DNA of 64,000 nt from Macrostomum lignano. Its lineage: Eukaryota. The stretch covers positions 248,001 to 312,000 of the forward strand of contig NIVC01001098.1 of assembly GCA_002269645.1 (NCBI GenBank). The letters are read 5' to 3'. How positions within the stretch are numbered: the first letter of the stretch is position 1; each line of letters opens with the position of its first letter. A program made the translations under genes and the position numbers. Positions 1 to 10,869 of this stretch are shown piece after piece. Under the pieces are notes generated by a model, which was given only the letters and a program-made list of their open reading frames with translations, did not search any database and had not been told where the DNA came from.

Positions 1-397
1 AATGCCATTTATTTAATCATCAAGAGTCAGTCAAGCTCAAAATTTCAAATGGGTGAAAACTAAAAAAAATCAGTCAGTTTCACGAGCTCGAAACTTCATC
101 TTGTCTAAAAGTCTTGCTAGACACTCCCTAGCCGCTAGCTAGGGAATTCGCTAACTTGAGCGAATTCGACCATTTCGATGCACTGAAGTTTCGAGCTTAT
201 AAATTTTACTGTCTTTTGAAAGCGACCCCAGAAATATTAAAGCCCAATGGCTTCGTTCGCTCATTCTTCGTCAGAATGAGTTGAGCTCTCAGCGCGTATA
301 ATGCACAGCGGGAAACTATAAGGAACTGCAGTTCAGGTGAGGCAACTCCAAAACCCTGCTGCCCGCAGGTCGCATCTGCCTGTTTGTGCCGGTCAGG

Positions 398-640
398 ATG
401 ACTTCGCTGCTGACTGTCGTGCTGATTCTCGCCGCTCTCCACAGCCCTGTCCGGAGCGTCACTCTTCAAGAGGGCAAGTCGAACCCGCAGAAGTACATTT
501 ACTATGACACCGACGAGTTCAACCCCTGGATCCACCTGGCCATATCGCTGCCCATCCTGTACGCCATCCTGATCTTCATCTGGTCCGGCGTCACCCTCTA
601 CATGAAGCTGAGCGGCAAGAGCCGGCAGAGGCGGCAGTAG
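398..640 (+). CDS. 80-aa predicted type I single-pass membrane protein, family unknown
   Basis: ATG at 398 directly after an acceptor-like ...gccggtcag; signal-peptide-like MTSLLTVVLILAALHSPVRS, short acidic/Tyr ectodomain, one hydrophobic helix (IHLAISLPILYAILIFIWSGVTLYM), basic tail KLSGKSRQRRQ, TAG at 638-640. GC3-rich codons like the neighbouring genes. Confidence 0.65.
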   Translation: MTSLLTVVLILAALHSPVRSVTLQEGKSNPQKYIYYDTDEFNPWIHLAISLPILYAILIFIWSGVTLYMKLSGKSRQRRQ

Positions 641-874
641 GCTGGTTGAGTGAGAAGAAACTGCTGGGCTGGATGGGAGCTCAGGGAAAGTGCATGGACT
701 ATTGGCTATGCGAGAGATGCGTGGAGTTTTGGAAAACTTTTCGCTTCTCCAGTGCAAGGCACTCAAAGCCCCGGCTGCCAACTGCTTGAACCCGTCTGTT
801 GCTTGTTTATCTGGCGGCAAGTAAAAGCCACTCTATGCATAGAACATTAATTACTGCAGTAAGTAATATTCTAT

Positions 875-1297
875 TATAGTATTTGTCATGCTGTCTCAGC
901 CTGGAGACATCCAAACTCAGCCAGTCCCATTCCGCAATGCGTTTTTTTGGCTCGAGCTAGTCGACTTTTACCATAGACATGCTTCTTGGGGCCATGCTGA
1001 CTCAGCCTGGGACATGCAATCTCAGCCAATATAGATTTCAATTGCAAACAGATCTCAATGCTATCATTTCTATAACGTGACATGAAATGGCAACAAACAG
1101 CAATGAATGAACGCAGCAAGAAAAGTCAGTAAGGGTACGCAACAACGCTGAGATTGCATGTCCCAGGCTGAGATAGCATGGCCTTAAGAGGCATGTCTAT
1201 GGTAAAACTTGACTGGCTTACGTAAAAAATCGCACTGTCGAGATGGGCTGGCTGAGTTTGGATGTCTCTGGGCTGGGATAGCATGACAAATACTATA
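875..1297. mobile_element. MITE/foldback element with ~155-bp imperfect terminal inverted repeats
   Basis: tatagtatttgtcatgctgtctcagcctggagacatccaaactcagcc... (from 875) is the imperfect reverse complement of ...ggctgagtttggatgtctctgggctgggatagcatgacaaatactata (to 1297); arms ~875-1030 and ~1148-1297; TA at both ends; no ORF. Confidence 0.75.
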
Positions 1298-2139
1298 GTT
1301 AGTTAGCTGCATGTTTTAGAACTATGAATCATTTGCAATATTTTCCATATCCAATTCCATAGCCAAAGCAAATTCAAGAGCAAATTGTCAGCCAAATACT
1401 TACTGTAAACATGAAATCTTGTTGTAGCAATAGCAATATCCAAAGATAATTCGTGCAATTCTAATATTTAGTAGTGCAGTATAGTATATAAATTTTTATT
1501 TTACGGCTCATTTTCCTATGCTTCCTATTCTGTTATTTGACGATTCAGGATCGGATCGGGCACCTGCAAGCCTAGAAATTCCAATAGCAATATTCAATTT
1601 CTGCAGTTAGGTACCTTTATTTTTTAGTTTCAAATACCGTAATGTCTGCATGACGTATCCATCAGTTCGCTTTCCTGTTTGCCAGTTAAATCCTAAAAAA
1701 TAAATATCAATCTGCCTATTTGCTTCATAAACCGCTTATTAACTACGACGAAGCACATGATTTATGCCTTTTTGATATGATTTATGACTGACTGCTTTCC
1801 TTTAATTGGCTGACCTAGAATCGATGGTATTTCGATCCAAGCTTGCGTACTGGTACGAAGTTTCGGTTATTTGACGGTCAATACGAATTCGTCAATTCGT
1901 CAATGACAAATCAGACGCGCAGCATGCAGACGTCGACTTTGCTGCCGGGCACTTTGAGGCGATTCGAGAACAGCATATACTGCCCGTTAATGTAAAGGCC
2001 AGCTTACATGTGCATGTAAGTGTAATGCGCAGCATCCTTCGAGTCTAAAGGTATCAAAGTATTATGCTGCCCAGAAAAGTCGTAGTCCCAAAATTTGGTG
2101 AAAATTCAGAGGGTTAGGTTTAAATGTACTTTTAAATGT

Positions 2140-3330
2140 GCATGTAAATGTAGCTTAATTTGTAGTCGTCACAGATTCGAGCGTACCGAGAGGACTTGGG
2201 ATTTTACTAACCCCATTAAAGTGTGTGACGGATGGAAGGACCGTCGGTGCAGCAATGTTACATGTATGAGTGTGTCTGTTTCTTTTGAAAACAGTTGTGT
2301 TGTCAAGCGATTTTCAGCTTTCCTGCAGATGTCATGTCAAGGAAACTGACCTCAGTCAATGAGGAGCTGACGGTGAGTTTAATGTTGGGGTTGATGGAAT
2401 TCAGGTGTCGATTTAGGTGTCCTGTACAGACATAGTTCCAGTAGCTTTATTACTGTATCTCAGCATCCCGTCTGTTAGCGTCCGAGTGTCGGTTAAAGAT
2501 TTCCTGGATCGCTGCAGTGCCCTGGTTTATGTGGATCGTGGAGTATATAGACTCTGGACATCACATGTTGCCAGAGTCGAACCTTCTGTGCAACTTTTAT
2601 GCATTGAAGTCAAGAAGTCCTAATGAAAGTGGATTGCGCTTGGGCAATCGGTTTAAGAAAGAAGTCAATGAATTTTTCTGCTTTTCTGAGACGGGGTCAC
2701 AAACAGGTCGTCCGCCGCGCTGCCCGTCGCATGGCCGTTGTTGAGACGCTTTCCTGTCGAAGCTTCAACGGACTTGAGTAGTAGAGAGGTTAGAGCCCTG
2801 AGGGGATTGGCCCTTGAGCGTAGTGTAGTCAGGGCCGAACAAAGGAATAAGTCGCGGTTCCGGTCGTCCTGATGCTGAAGAATGCCGATAAGCCAAGGGG
2901 TGACTTCTTTGGCCATTTTGACTCCAGTCGATCCGCTTGGTTTTTTGACAGTAAAAATTGTTGAGGCTGACCGCGTTGACTCGTCATCCAGGTTCCAAAA
3001 GTCCATGCCCTCCTTTGCGAGGTCTAGATTCTTCACCGAGGTGCAGATGGCCGGTGCAGCAGCGCGGCAAGCGCGAAGATTGAGTAGGTCAATAGATGCA
3101 GGGTTCATAGACAATAAAGAATTCAATCAATCCAAAAATTTTTCGACGGTTGAAGCATCCAGTTTGCAGTGAAAGGTCAACATGGTGGATGACTGTTGCA
3201 CTACTGAGGCCAGATCTGATGGTTCAATTTCGTTGCAGAGTTGTCGCCAGGGGTTTTCTGCAGTTTCTTCGGTCACGCATCGTAGTGTGTCAGGATTTTT
3301 AGTATCTCTCGATGTGGGCAAAATTCGTCT
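2140..3330 (-). mobile_element. Degenerate Penelope-like element reverse transcriptase fragment
   Basis: Minus-strand translation across frameshifts gives PLE-type RT motifs in order: KFIDFFLKPIAQAQSTFIR, ATCDVQSLYT, TIHINQGTAAIQEIF, IKLLELCL, RHLNSINPNIKLTVSSSLTEVSFLDM, HPSHTLMGLVKSQVL..YARICD. Multiple stops and frameshifts; the upstream boundary is uncertain. Confidence 0.8.
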
Positions 3331-3380
3331 TTAAGGAGTTCACCGGACGCGAATGCAGGGCGAAACTCTGGTGCAGTGAT

Positions 3381-3382
<2 letters not shown>

Positions 3383-3463
<81 letters not shown>

Positions 3464-3464
3464 G
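3383..3464. repeat. (GA)n microsatellite
   Basis: About 40 AG dinucleotides, one interruption. Confidence 0.98.
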
Positions 3465-4965
3465 TAACACGGAGATTGTACATTATGTTACCGTAAAGTT
3501 AAAACGATACCATGTTAACGACGAGAGTTCGTGAGTTATGGTAAAAACGAAGAGAGTTCGCGAGGGGAGATCCCTGAATGCTCCACCCAGTAGGGGAGGG
3601 CTCGGCTAAATCCTTGGTCCTTCGAGCGCATCGGCTGGACTATCCGATGGTAAATAAAACTAAGAAATAGTGGTTGCCCCACAATCACAGTAATAACTCG
3701 AAAAACTCATCAGCAAATTTATCAAATAGTCATTCAGGCAGCTTAAATAGACTTATAATTTACGTTTTGAATTATGTTATATTATATTATTTCCTATCAA
3801 TGTAATTAACTTTTCAATTTTTTCCGATACATTTTATTGTTTGTTTGTTCAAAAGTACAACGATATGCAAAGCAACAAAAATTCAAAAAAGTAAAATATG
3901 ATTTTTTCGTTTTGAATACAATAATAAAGTCAAGTAAACAACAAGTAACCAATTTAAAAATATTTCATGGGCACACTGAGTTTCAAAATGGCACTTTTTT
4001 TAGGGCGAGGTGCTATGCCATGGCACATATTTCCAAATGAAAAAACCCTGGTCTCTGATCAAACCTATATAGATAAAATAATATATGTATAGTAAATATT
4101 ATTATATATAATATAATATGATATTATGTTATTATATCATGTGTCACGGATAACCAGATAATATATAATATGAACCCTGATGAATGAACCCTTTTTTGAA
4201 TTTTTATTGCTTTGTATATATCATTGTACTTTTAAATAAACAACAAAATAAATGTATATAGGAAAACATTTTAAACTCTACATATCTATAATTCCTATAA
4301 AAATGAAAACTCTATTTGTCTATATAAAGTTTTGTTTGCTATGGTATAGGCCTAGACTCCTATCCCAAACTGCTCAACCAAATTTGGCAAATTATGCCAA
4401 ATTTTGCACCTATACTTACACTTACAGTAAGGCCTAACTTATCATGGAGAATTTCTTAGACTTAGCTTAGCTTAAAATTTCTAATATTTAAGTCTTCTTA
4501 TCTAAAAGTTAAGTTCAAACAAAAATGCTATAAAGTGGGATTTTCACTTGTCTTAAATCTTTATAGTGGCTACTGCTAAGGGGCCTACTCTAGTCTAATA
4601 TTAAAAATTCTTTAGTTAATTAATTTTTTAAGTTAGTCTGCTTTTTGTCAGCAAAGCAATTACCCCAACCTCTACCTCACCTTTCCTTATCTGGCTAGCT
4701 AGATATGTAACAGGGGTTTACAATTGACTAAGCCTATCTTCGGCTGTTATAAGTTTGTTCTATATAAAATAGGAAACAATTGACTTCAAACTCAAGACAA
4801 TTTTTCTTGGACTTATTTCTCTATCTAAATGTAAAGTCACAATTCTATAACTTAATTGGGATCGAAAGGCTTTTAACCATGAAAATTTAGTGAGAGATTC
4901 TAGCTACTACCTGATTAAGAAAATTCTGCTACAAACTAGCTTTCTAAGCATTTAAACTGATGCTA

Positions 4966-6610
4966 CAAGGGGCGTCCGGAAAGTAGTGTTGGCTTATTCC
5001 ATATAAGCATGGTCGTAACATGACAGGCTATTTTTACTTATAAAATGAAATATAATAATAGAATATACTAAACCAATATTTTAAATGAAAGATAATTTTG
5101 TCAAAAATATTTTTATAGAGTTTCATGTAGATATCATCATTACTATAGATGCTATTAAACCTTGAATGGCACTTATGGTCGTAACAACAGGATTTTTGAC
5201 ATATAGAAACTAAAAGGTAAAAGTCTTATAACATTTTTATTTTTGATATTTTGCAATACATTTTTTTAAATTTGACTAAGAACATCTTTAGAAATCATAC
5301 TCTTTTACTAGAATATATAAACTCAAAAAGGCAACAAAGATACAAAAGAAAAGGCAGCCTTATGGTCGTAACATTATGGTCGTAACATATTTTTTTCTGT
5401 CAATTCAGTAACTTTGAGGTACCAATATATTAAAAATATAATAGATTATTTGGTCACCAATACTTTTATCTGATGATGCAAGTACTATACTTTTATCTAT
5501 AGTTTGTTTCAACCTTCCAAAGCTTTCTATTTGTTTTTAAAAGGTACACAAACTTAATGATGTCTTTTGCTTAGAAAAATGTCTAAATTTTTACAAAAAT
5601 GACTTTTTGCCACTTGATAGCATACTAATCTAACATTTTATCATTCATTTATTCTTAGATTGTAGATGTTACACATAAAAAACATTTGGTAAAAAATTGG
5701 CTGATAAGACAATGGCAAGCAAAAATATTGACTTTTTTCTATTTTCCAAAAATGTCCATCTTATATGGAATGAGCCTGTTACTTTTGCTTGGTGTGGACG
5801 TATGGACAGTCACACTTGCATGTGCTTGGTGTCATTTGAAAGCGGCAAGTCTCTTCTTTAAAATGACACCAATTGCAAGAGATTTGGATCTGTGCTTCAA
5901 GAGATATGGACGATTAAGTAGAGAAAGGTCAGTCATAGACTTACAGAACCTCAAAAATGTCAACAGAAAACTTTTACAAGTTTATCGATTTTTTCGTATT
6001 CATGGGCTGTCTATGGCCAAATGTGATGAAGTGAACGGGAGGGGCTGTCTCATAAAACTACGAGACTTGTAAAGCTGCTTCTGCTGCGCCTGCAAAGTTT
6101 ATTGACATTCAATTTTCAATTGTGAACTGCAAATGGATGTGCATTCAAAGACTGGGCAGCGACATGCCATCTTTACACTTTGGAGCTCCGCAACCAAATC
6201 GGCTGACATCCACAGGCAACTTTGCACAGCTCATGGCGACCATGCTGTCAGCAAGATGACAAGTCTGCCAACCGATGAATGATTTTAATGTTGTTCGCTT
6301 GTTTGATAATTTGCTTGTTATCTGTTTCATCTGCTTCTGTACTGTACTGTTGTGTTTTTTGTTTTTTTCTGGAGTAATTACGCTCGTGATAAAAGTTTTC
6401 TGTTGACATTTTTGAGGTTCTGTAAGTCTATGACTGACCTTTCTCTACTTAATCGTCCATATCTCTTAAAGCACAGATTCAAATCTCTTGCAATTGGTGT
6501 CATTTTAAAGAAGAGACTTGCCGCTTTCAAATGACACCAAGCACATGCAAGTGTGACTGTCCATACGTCCACACCAAGCAAAAGTAACACTACTTTCCGG
6601 ACGCCCCTCG
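4966..6610. mobile_element. Non-autonomous Tc1/mariner-type DNA transposon
   Basis: 25-bp TIRs caaggggcgtccggaaagtagtgtt (4966-4990) and aacactactttccggacgcccctcg (6586-6610), one mismatch, each flanked by TA (4964-65, 6611-12). No transposase ORF inside. Confidence 0.8.
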
Positions 6611-6715
6611 TATATGATCTACCCTAAACAACATTGGTATTATCCCACTATTCTTTCAAGCATAGAGACTTGAGATTTCCATTTTTATTTCAAGGGCCCA
6701 ATAGAGAATCTAGCT

Positions 6716-7040
6716 CATGGCTGTAGGCCAGATGAAAAGAAACTAAAGGGGATAGAAGAAAAAGTTGATAGAACATGAGATGAGAAAGAACATAAAAGAG
6801 AAGTTAAAAAGAAAGAGTAAAGAAAAGAGAAAATAGTAAAGAGGAGAAATAAAAGAATAGAGAGAAAAATGAAGAATAGAAAGATAAGAGCAGAGAATAG
6901 AAAGAAAATAGAAGAGAGGAAAGATAAAAAAGAGAAGATGAAAAAGAAGGAAAAATAAAGCAGGGAGTAGAGAGAAGAGAGGAAAAAAGAAAAAAGTTTC
7001 AAAGGACCTGCAGGATAGAGAAAAAGGCAGAAATTAAATA
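6716..7040. repeat. Purine-rich (GA/AAG) low-complexity tract
   Basis: Almost entirely A/G on the + strand. Confidence 0.85.
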
Positions 7041-7169
7041 ACAGAATTTGCCAGTACATGCTTTAGATAGATGTTACTTGTCAATCTGTGGTAATCCCAA
7101 TCAACAAGATCAATGCTTGCCTCAAATTTTTTAATCTAATATAAATTCACTGCAATTTTTAAAAAAAAT

Positions 7170-7400
7170 TTTACAACTATTAACTGGATGACATAGCCAG
7201 CTTGTCAGTTGTTGCCTATGCAATAAGTTAGAAAGCCACATCAAATGTGCCCTTGTGTAGAGCATAGCATTGGTCTTGCTGTCTAGACTGCTGCGCACTT
7301 CAAACGCTATACACAATATGGCCCCATGTGCAATATCCAGTTGTCTCTCCAAGATGTCTATCAGGGTCCAAGTCTTGGCATTATATAATAGTTACAGAAA
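7170..7400 (-). mobile_element. Possible degraded RTE-like non-LTR retrotransposon 3' fragment
   Basis: AKTWTLIDILERQLDIAHGAILCIAFEV...TNAMLY...LHRQQLTSWLCH resembles, from memory, the post-RT region of RTE-clade ORFs (ETWTL...ERRLD...TNxELY...RRRL..GH). Confidence 0.4.
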
Positions 7401-8045
7401 TTTTATTAGCTTTGGATATGGATAAAGATAGGCTACAAGAAAATTTCCAAGATATTGCTATAGGCATAGATATGTAAAAATTTGGTTATGTCATTTGGAT
7501 TTGGTTTTAAAAGCACAAAAAATCATACTTGGGTTGTAATTATAAAATTTTTAGTAATTAAAAAAATTAACAAGAAAATTTATATAGTTCAAAGTTGTAA
7601 ATAGATACTTTAACAGTTATTATATGAATATATTATAAATACAAAAAGGATTACAGCTTTATCAAAAAGAAATATTTTTTAAATTTCTATAAATTTTTAT
7701 ATCAGTACTAGAGTCAGCAGGGGCTAAGAGATTTTAGACTCACTGCTGGCACATCTGGTACATTGGTGCATTTTGTCTAGCATACTTGGCACATAGTTGA
7801 AAATATTTTTAGATAACTTTTGGTGCACATGTACCATGATCTTGACTATAGACAATGGACTTATACTAAGCTAATTAGGCTGCTACATGCTTAGCATAAT
7901 GGACTAGGGTGGGGGGATTGGTAATCTATGAATCATTAAAAAAGCAATGACAATGTAACAATAGGTTTTTATTTCAAAAAAGTTTAATCCTTCCATTTGT
8001 ATATGCTAAAAATTATAGCCTATAATTATTTTAGTAAAAATTATT

Positions 8046-8447
8046 ATAGACTGCTGTAAAAATTAATTTACAGACTGCTGTAAAAATTAGTTTACAGATT
8101 GCTATCAAAATTAATTATTGACTGCTGTCAAAATTAATTATAGACTATTATAAAAATTTGTTTACAGACTGCTGTCAGAATTAATTTGCAGACTGCTATC
8201 AAGATTAATTTACAGACTGCTATAAAAATTAGTTTACAGACTGCTATAAAAATTAATTTACAGACTGCTATAAAAATTAGTTTACAGACTGCTATAAAAA
8301 TTAATTTGCAGACTGCTTTCAAAATTAATTTGCAGACTGCTGTAAAAATAAATTTGCAGACTGCTGTAAAAATTAATTTACAGACTGCTATAAAAATTAG
8401 TTTACAGACTGCTGTCAAAATTAATTTGCAGACTGCTGTAAAAATTA
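8046..8447. repeat. 24-bp minisatellite upstream of PSMG1
   Basis: Unit ~tttacagactgctataaaaattaa, about 16 copies. Confidence 0.95.
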
Positions 8448-8553
8448 ATATTCGTTTAACTTTATCGCACACCAGAACTGATAGCAGTTACACTGAACAA
8501 ACTGCTTCAGTTTTGCTCGCCCAGCCGCAGTTGCCACAAATTCTTGCTTCTCC

Positions 8554-10378
8554 ATGGCCGCCGACAGCCCGTTTCCCAAGCGGCTGCCGGAGTTCTCCCG
8601 CGCCGTTGACGACTCCGAGGACTCCGACTGGGACGGCGGCGAGGATCAAGGAGGCGACAGTGGCCGTTTGAAGGCCTCCGATGCCCGGAGCTGCGCGATG
8701 CGCCTCAGCCCCGCTGCCCGGCAGGAGCTGGCGGCTGGGGACCAGCGGGTCCTCGACTGTAGCACCCTGCTGGTTGGCGTCGGGCCCACCGCCTGCGGCT
8801 TCCTAACCGCCTGCGTTCTGGGCGATGACGCTGAGATTCTGGGCCTCATCAGCTGCGGCTTCCCGGAGGCTGGGCTGGCCAACAGCCTGGGGCAGACTGC
8901 GCTGGGGGACTTTAACTGCTTCTTGTATCGTCTGAAGTGCAACCCGCAGGTTGGTGGGAGGGTGCGACGCCTTTGGCGACACACGATGTCACACAACCAG
9001 CGCTGAGACACATAAAAGTGCGCCAATACTGTGCGCAAACGACCACTCGTACTCATGCTGATTGGTGTGGGTGGGTGATGGAGCTGATTGGTGTGGGTGA
9101 TGGAGCTGATTGGTGTGGGTGATGGAGCTGATTGGTGTGGGTGATGGAGCTGATTGGTGTGGGTGATGGAGCTGATTGGTGTGGGTGGGTGATGGAGCTG
9201 ATTGGTGTGGGTGGGTGATGGAGCTGATTGGTGTGGGTGGGTGATGGAGCTGATTGGTGTGGGTGGGTGATGGAGCTGATTGGTGTGGGTGATGGAGCTG
9301 ATTGGTGTGGGTGGGTGATGGAGCTGATTGGTGTGGGTGGGTGATGGAGCTGATTGGTGTGGGTGGGTGATGGAGCTGATTGGTGTGGGTGGGTGATGGA
9401 GCTGATTGGTGTGGGTGGGTGATGGAGCTGATTGGTGTGGGTGATGGAGCTGATTGGTGTGGGTGATGGAGCTGATTGGTGTGGGTGATGGAGCTGATTG
9501 GTGTGGGTGATGGAGCTGTTTGGTGTGGGTGATGGAGCTGATTGGTGTGGGTGATGGAGCTGATTGGTGTGTGTGATGGAGCTGATTGGTGTGGGTGATG
9601 AAGCTGAATGGTGTGGGTGATGGAGCTGATTGGTGTCGGTGATGAAGCTGATTGGTGTGGGTGATGAAGCTGAATGGTGTGGGTGATGGAGCTGATCAGT
9701 GCAGCCTATGACGCAGTTTCCCCATCGCACGCAGGTGCTGGTCTGCCACGCCGCCGCCCCAGTTCCTCCCGCCGACTGCCACGAGTTCGCGGAGCTGCTG
9801 CTGTCTGTGCTGGACGTCGAATCGCTGGATCTGGCGGTGCTGGGCACGCAGCCGCTGACGAGCTTCCAGTCGGCTGAGCCGGCCTCCTCTCTGGTTGGCC
9901 CCCTGCTGCGCTGCCTGCGGTCCAGCGCCATGCTCGGACAGGGCAAGTGAGTGATTGACAGGTCTTTGTTACTCGTAGCATTCGAGAGAGAGAGAGTTGC
10001 CCTCCGGTAAATGAATAGCTTTTCATGCTTGAGGGCCTCAATGCAAAATTGTCCCACAGGGCGGCAGGTGACGCCGTGCAGCAACTGGAGCCACCGAACC
10101 TGCTGACCGGCCTGCCCGCCCAGCTGCTCAGCGTCTGCCAGATGCGCCGCGTGCCGGCCGCCGCCTTTGTTGCCTTCGTGGCCGAGGCCGACTGTGACGG
10201 CGAGCCGCACCGGCTGCTGCCGCCTGACCCGGCCGCCATGGCCGCCTTCCGGCCTGCGCTCGCCTGCCAGCCGCTGCGCTACTGCCGGCCCGCCTGGCCG
10301 CCCAACTCAGACCGCGTCATGCGGCTGTTGTGCCGCCAGCCAGGCGCCAACGGCTCCTCCACCTACTTGTACACCTGA
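8554..10378 (+). CDS. PSMG1: Proteasome assembly chaperone 1 (PAC1)
   Basis: Exons 8554-8949, 9735-9946, 10060-10378 (GT-AG, phases consistent). Motifs CSTLLVGVG, NCFLYRLKCNPQVLVC, LEPPNLLTGLPAQLLSVCQMRRVPA and C-terminal YLYT (HbYX) match the PSMG1 family. Confidence 0.88.
9057..9697. repeat. 22/26-bp G-rich minisatellite in PSMG1 intron 1
   Basis: Unit gatggagctgattggtgtgggt(gggt). Confidence 0.95.
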
Positions 10379-10869
10379 GCTGCCGCATTCTGCCAATCTG
10401 ACCTGCGCGTGGATTGATTTTCCATGGTCAGCTTGGTTTAGTTTTGGTTTTGCTAATTCTGTTTTTCTATTGCTTTCCTTGTTAGAGTTCATCACTGGTT
10501 CCGTTAGATCGGCTCTTTTGTGTGCGAGTTCAACTCTGGCTATATGGAAATACACTGTAGCATCAAGGTTGCATTTGTTTGTTCACAATTGAAAGCCGCA
10601 ATCAATTGTCTCTTTATTTGTCAAACTTACGTGCCGTGCCTAATTTCCTAGTCTCGTCTTGTTTAGCTTCCCATGTTTGTTTAGCTTATGTACCAAGGCC
10701 TCCTTAGACTAGAATTAACCGTTTTTTATATTTATAAAGCTTAAAAATAGATTTTGAAGTTTTAAATACATTTGGAAATTGCCCAAGTAAGCTCATAATG
10801 ACTAATGTGTATTTCAGGTACACAGCACTGCGGTATGCTGATTCCAATTTGAGTCTTCTCAATCCAGAT

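Noticed and set aside
206-820. 204-aa minus-strand ORF
   Set aside because: Antisense to the better-supported small membrane-protein ORF; no recognisable domain.
1627-1665. Possible hammerhead ribozyme remnant on the minus strand downstream of the Penelope-like RT (CTGATGG-ATAC...GTAT-TT-GAAAC)
   Set aside because: The position and a stem II fit PLE-associated hammerheads, but the core deviates (CUGAUGG, two extra U before GAAA) and I find no stem I or III. It needs an Infernal search on younger copies before it can be claimed.
5686-6590. ORFs of 128 and 70 aa sharing the same peptide on opposite strands
   Set aside because: A consequence of the internal inverted repeat of the mariner-type element; no DDD/DDE transposase motifs.
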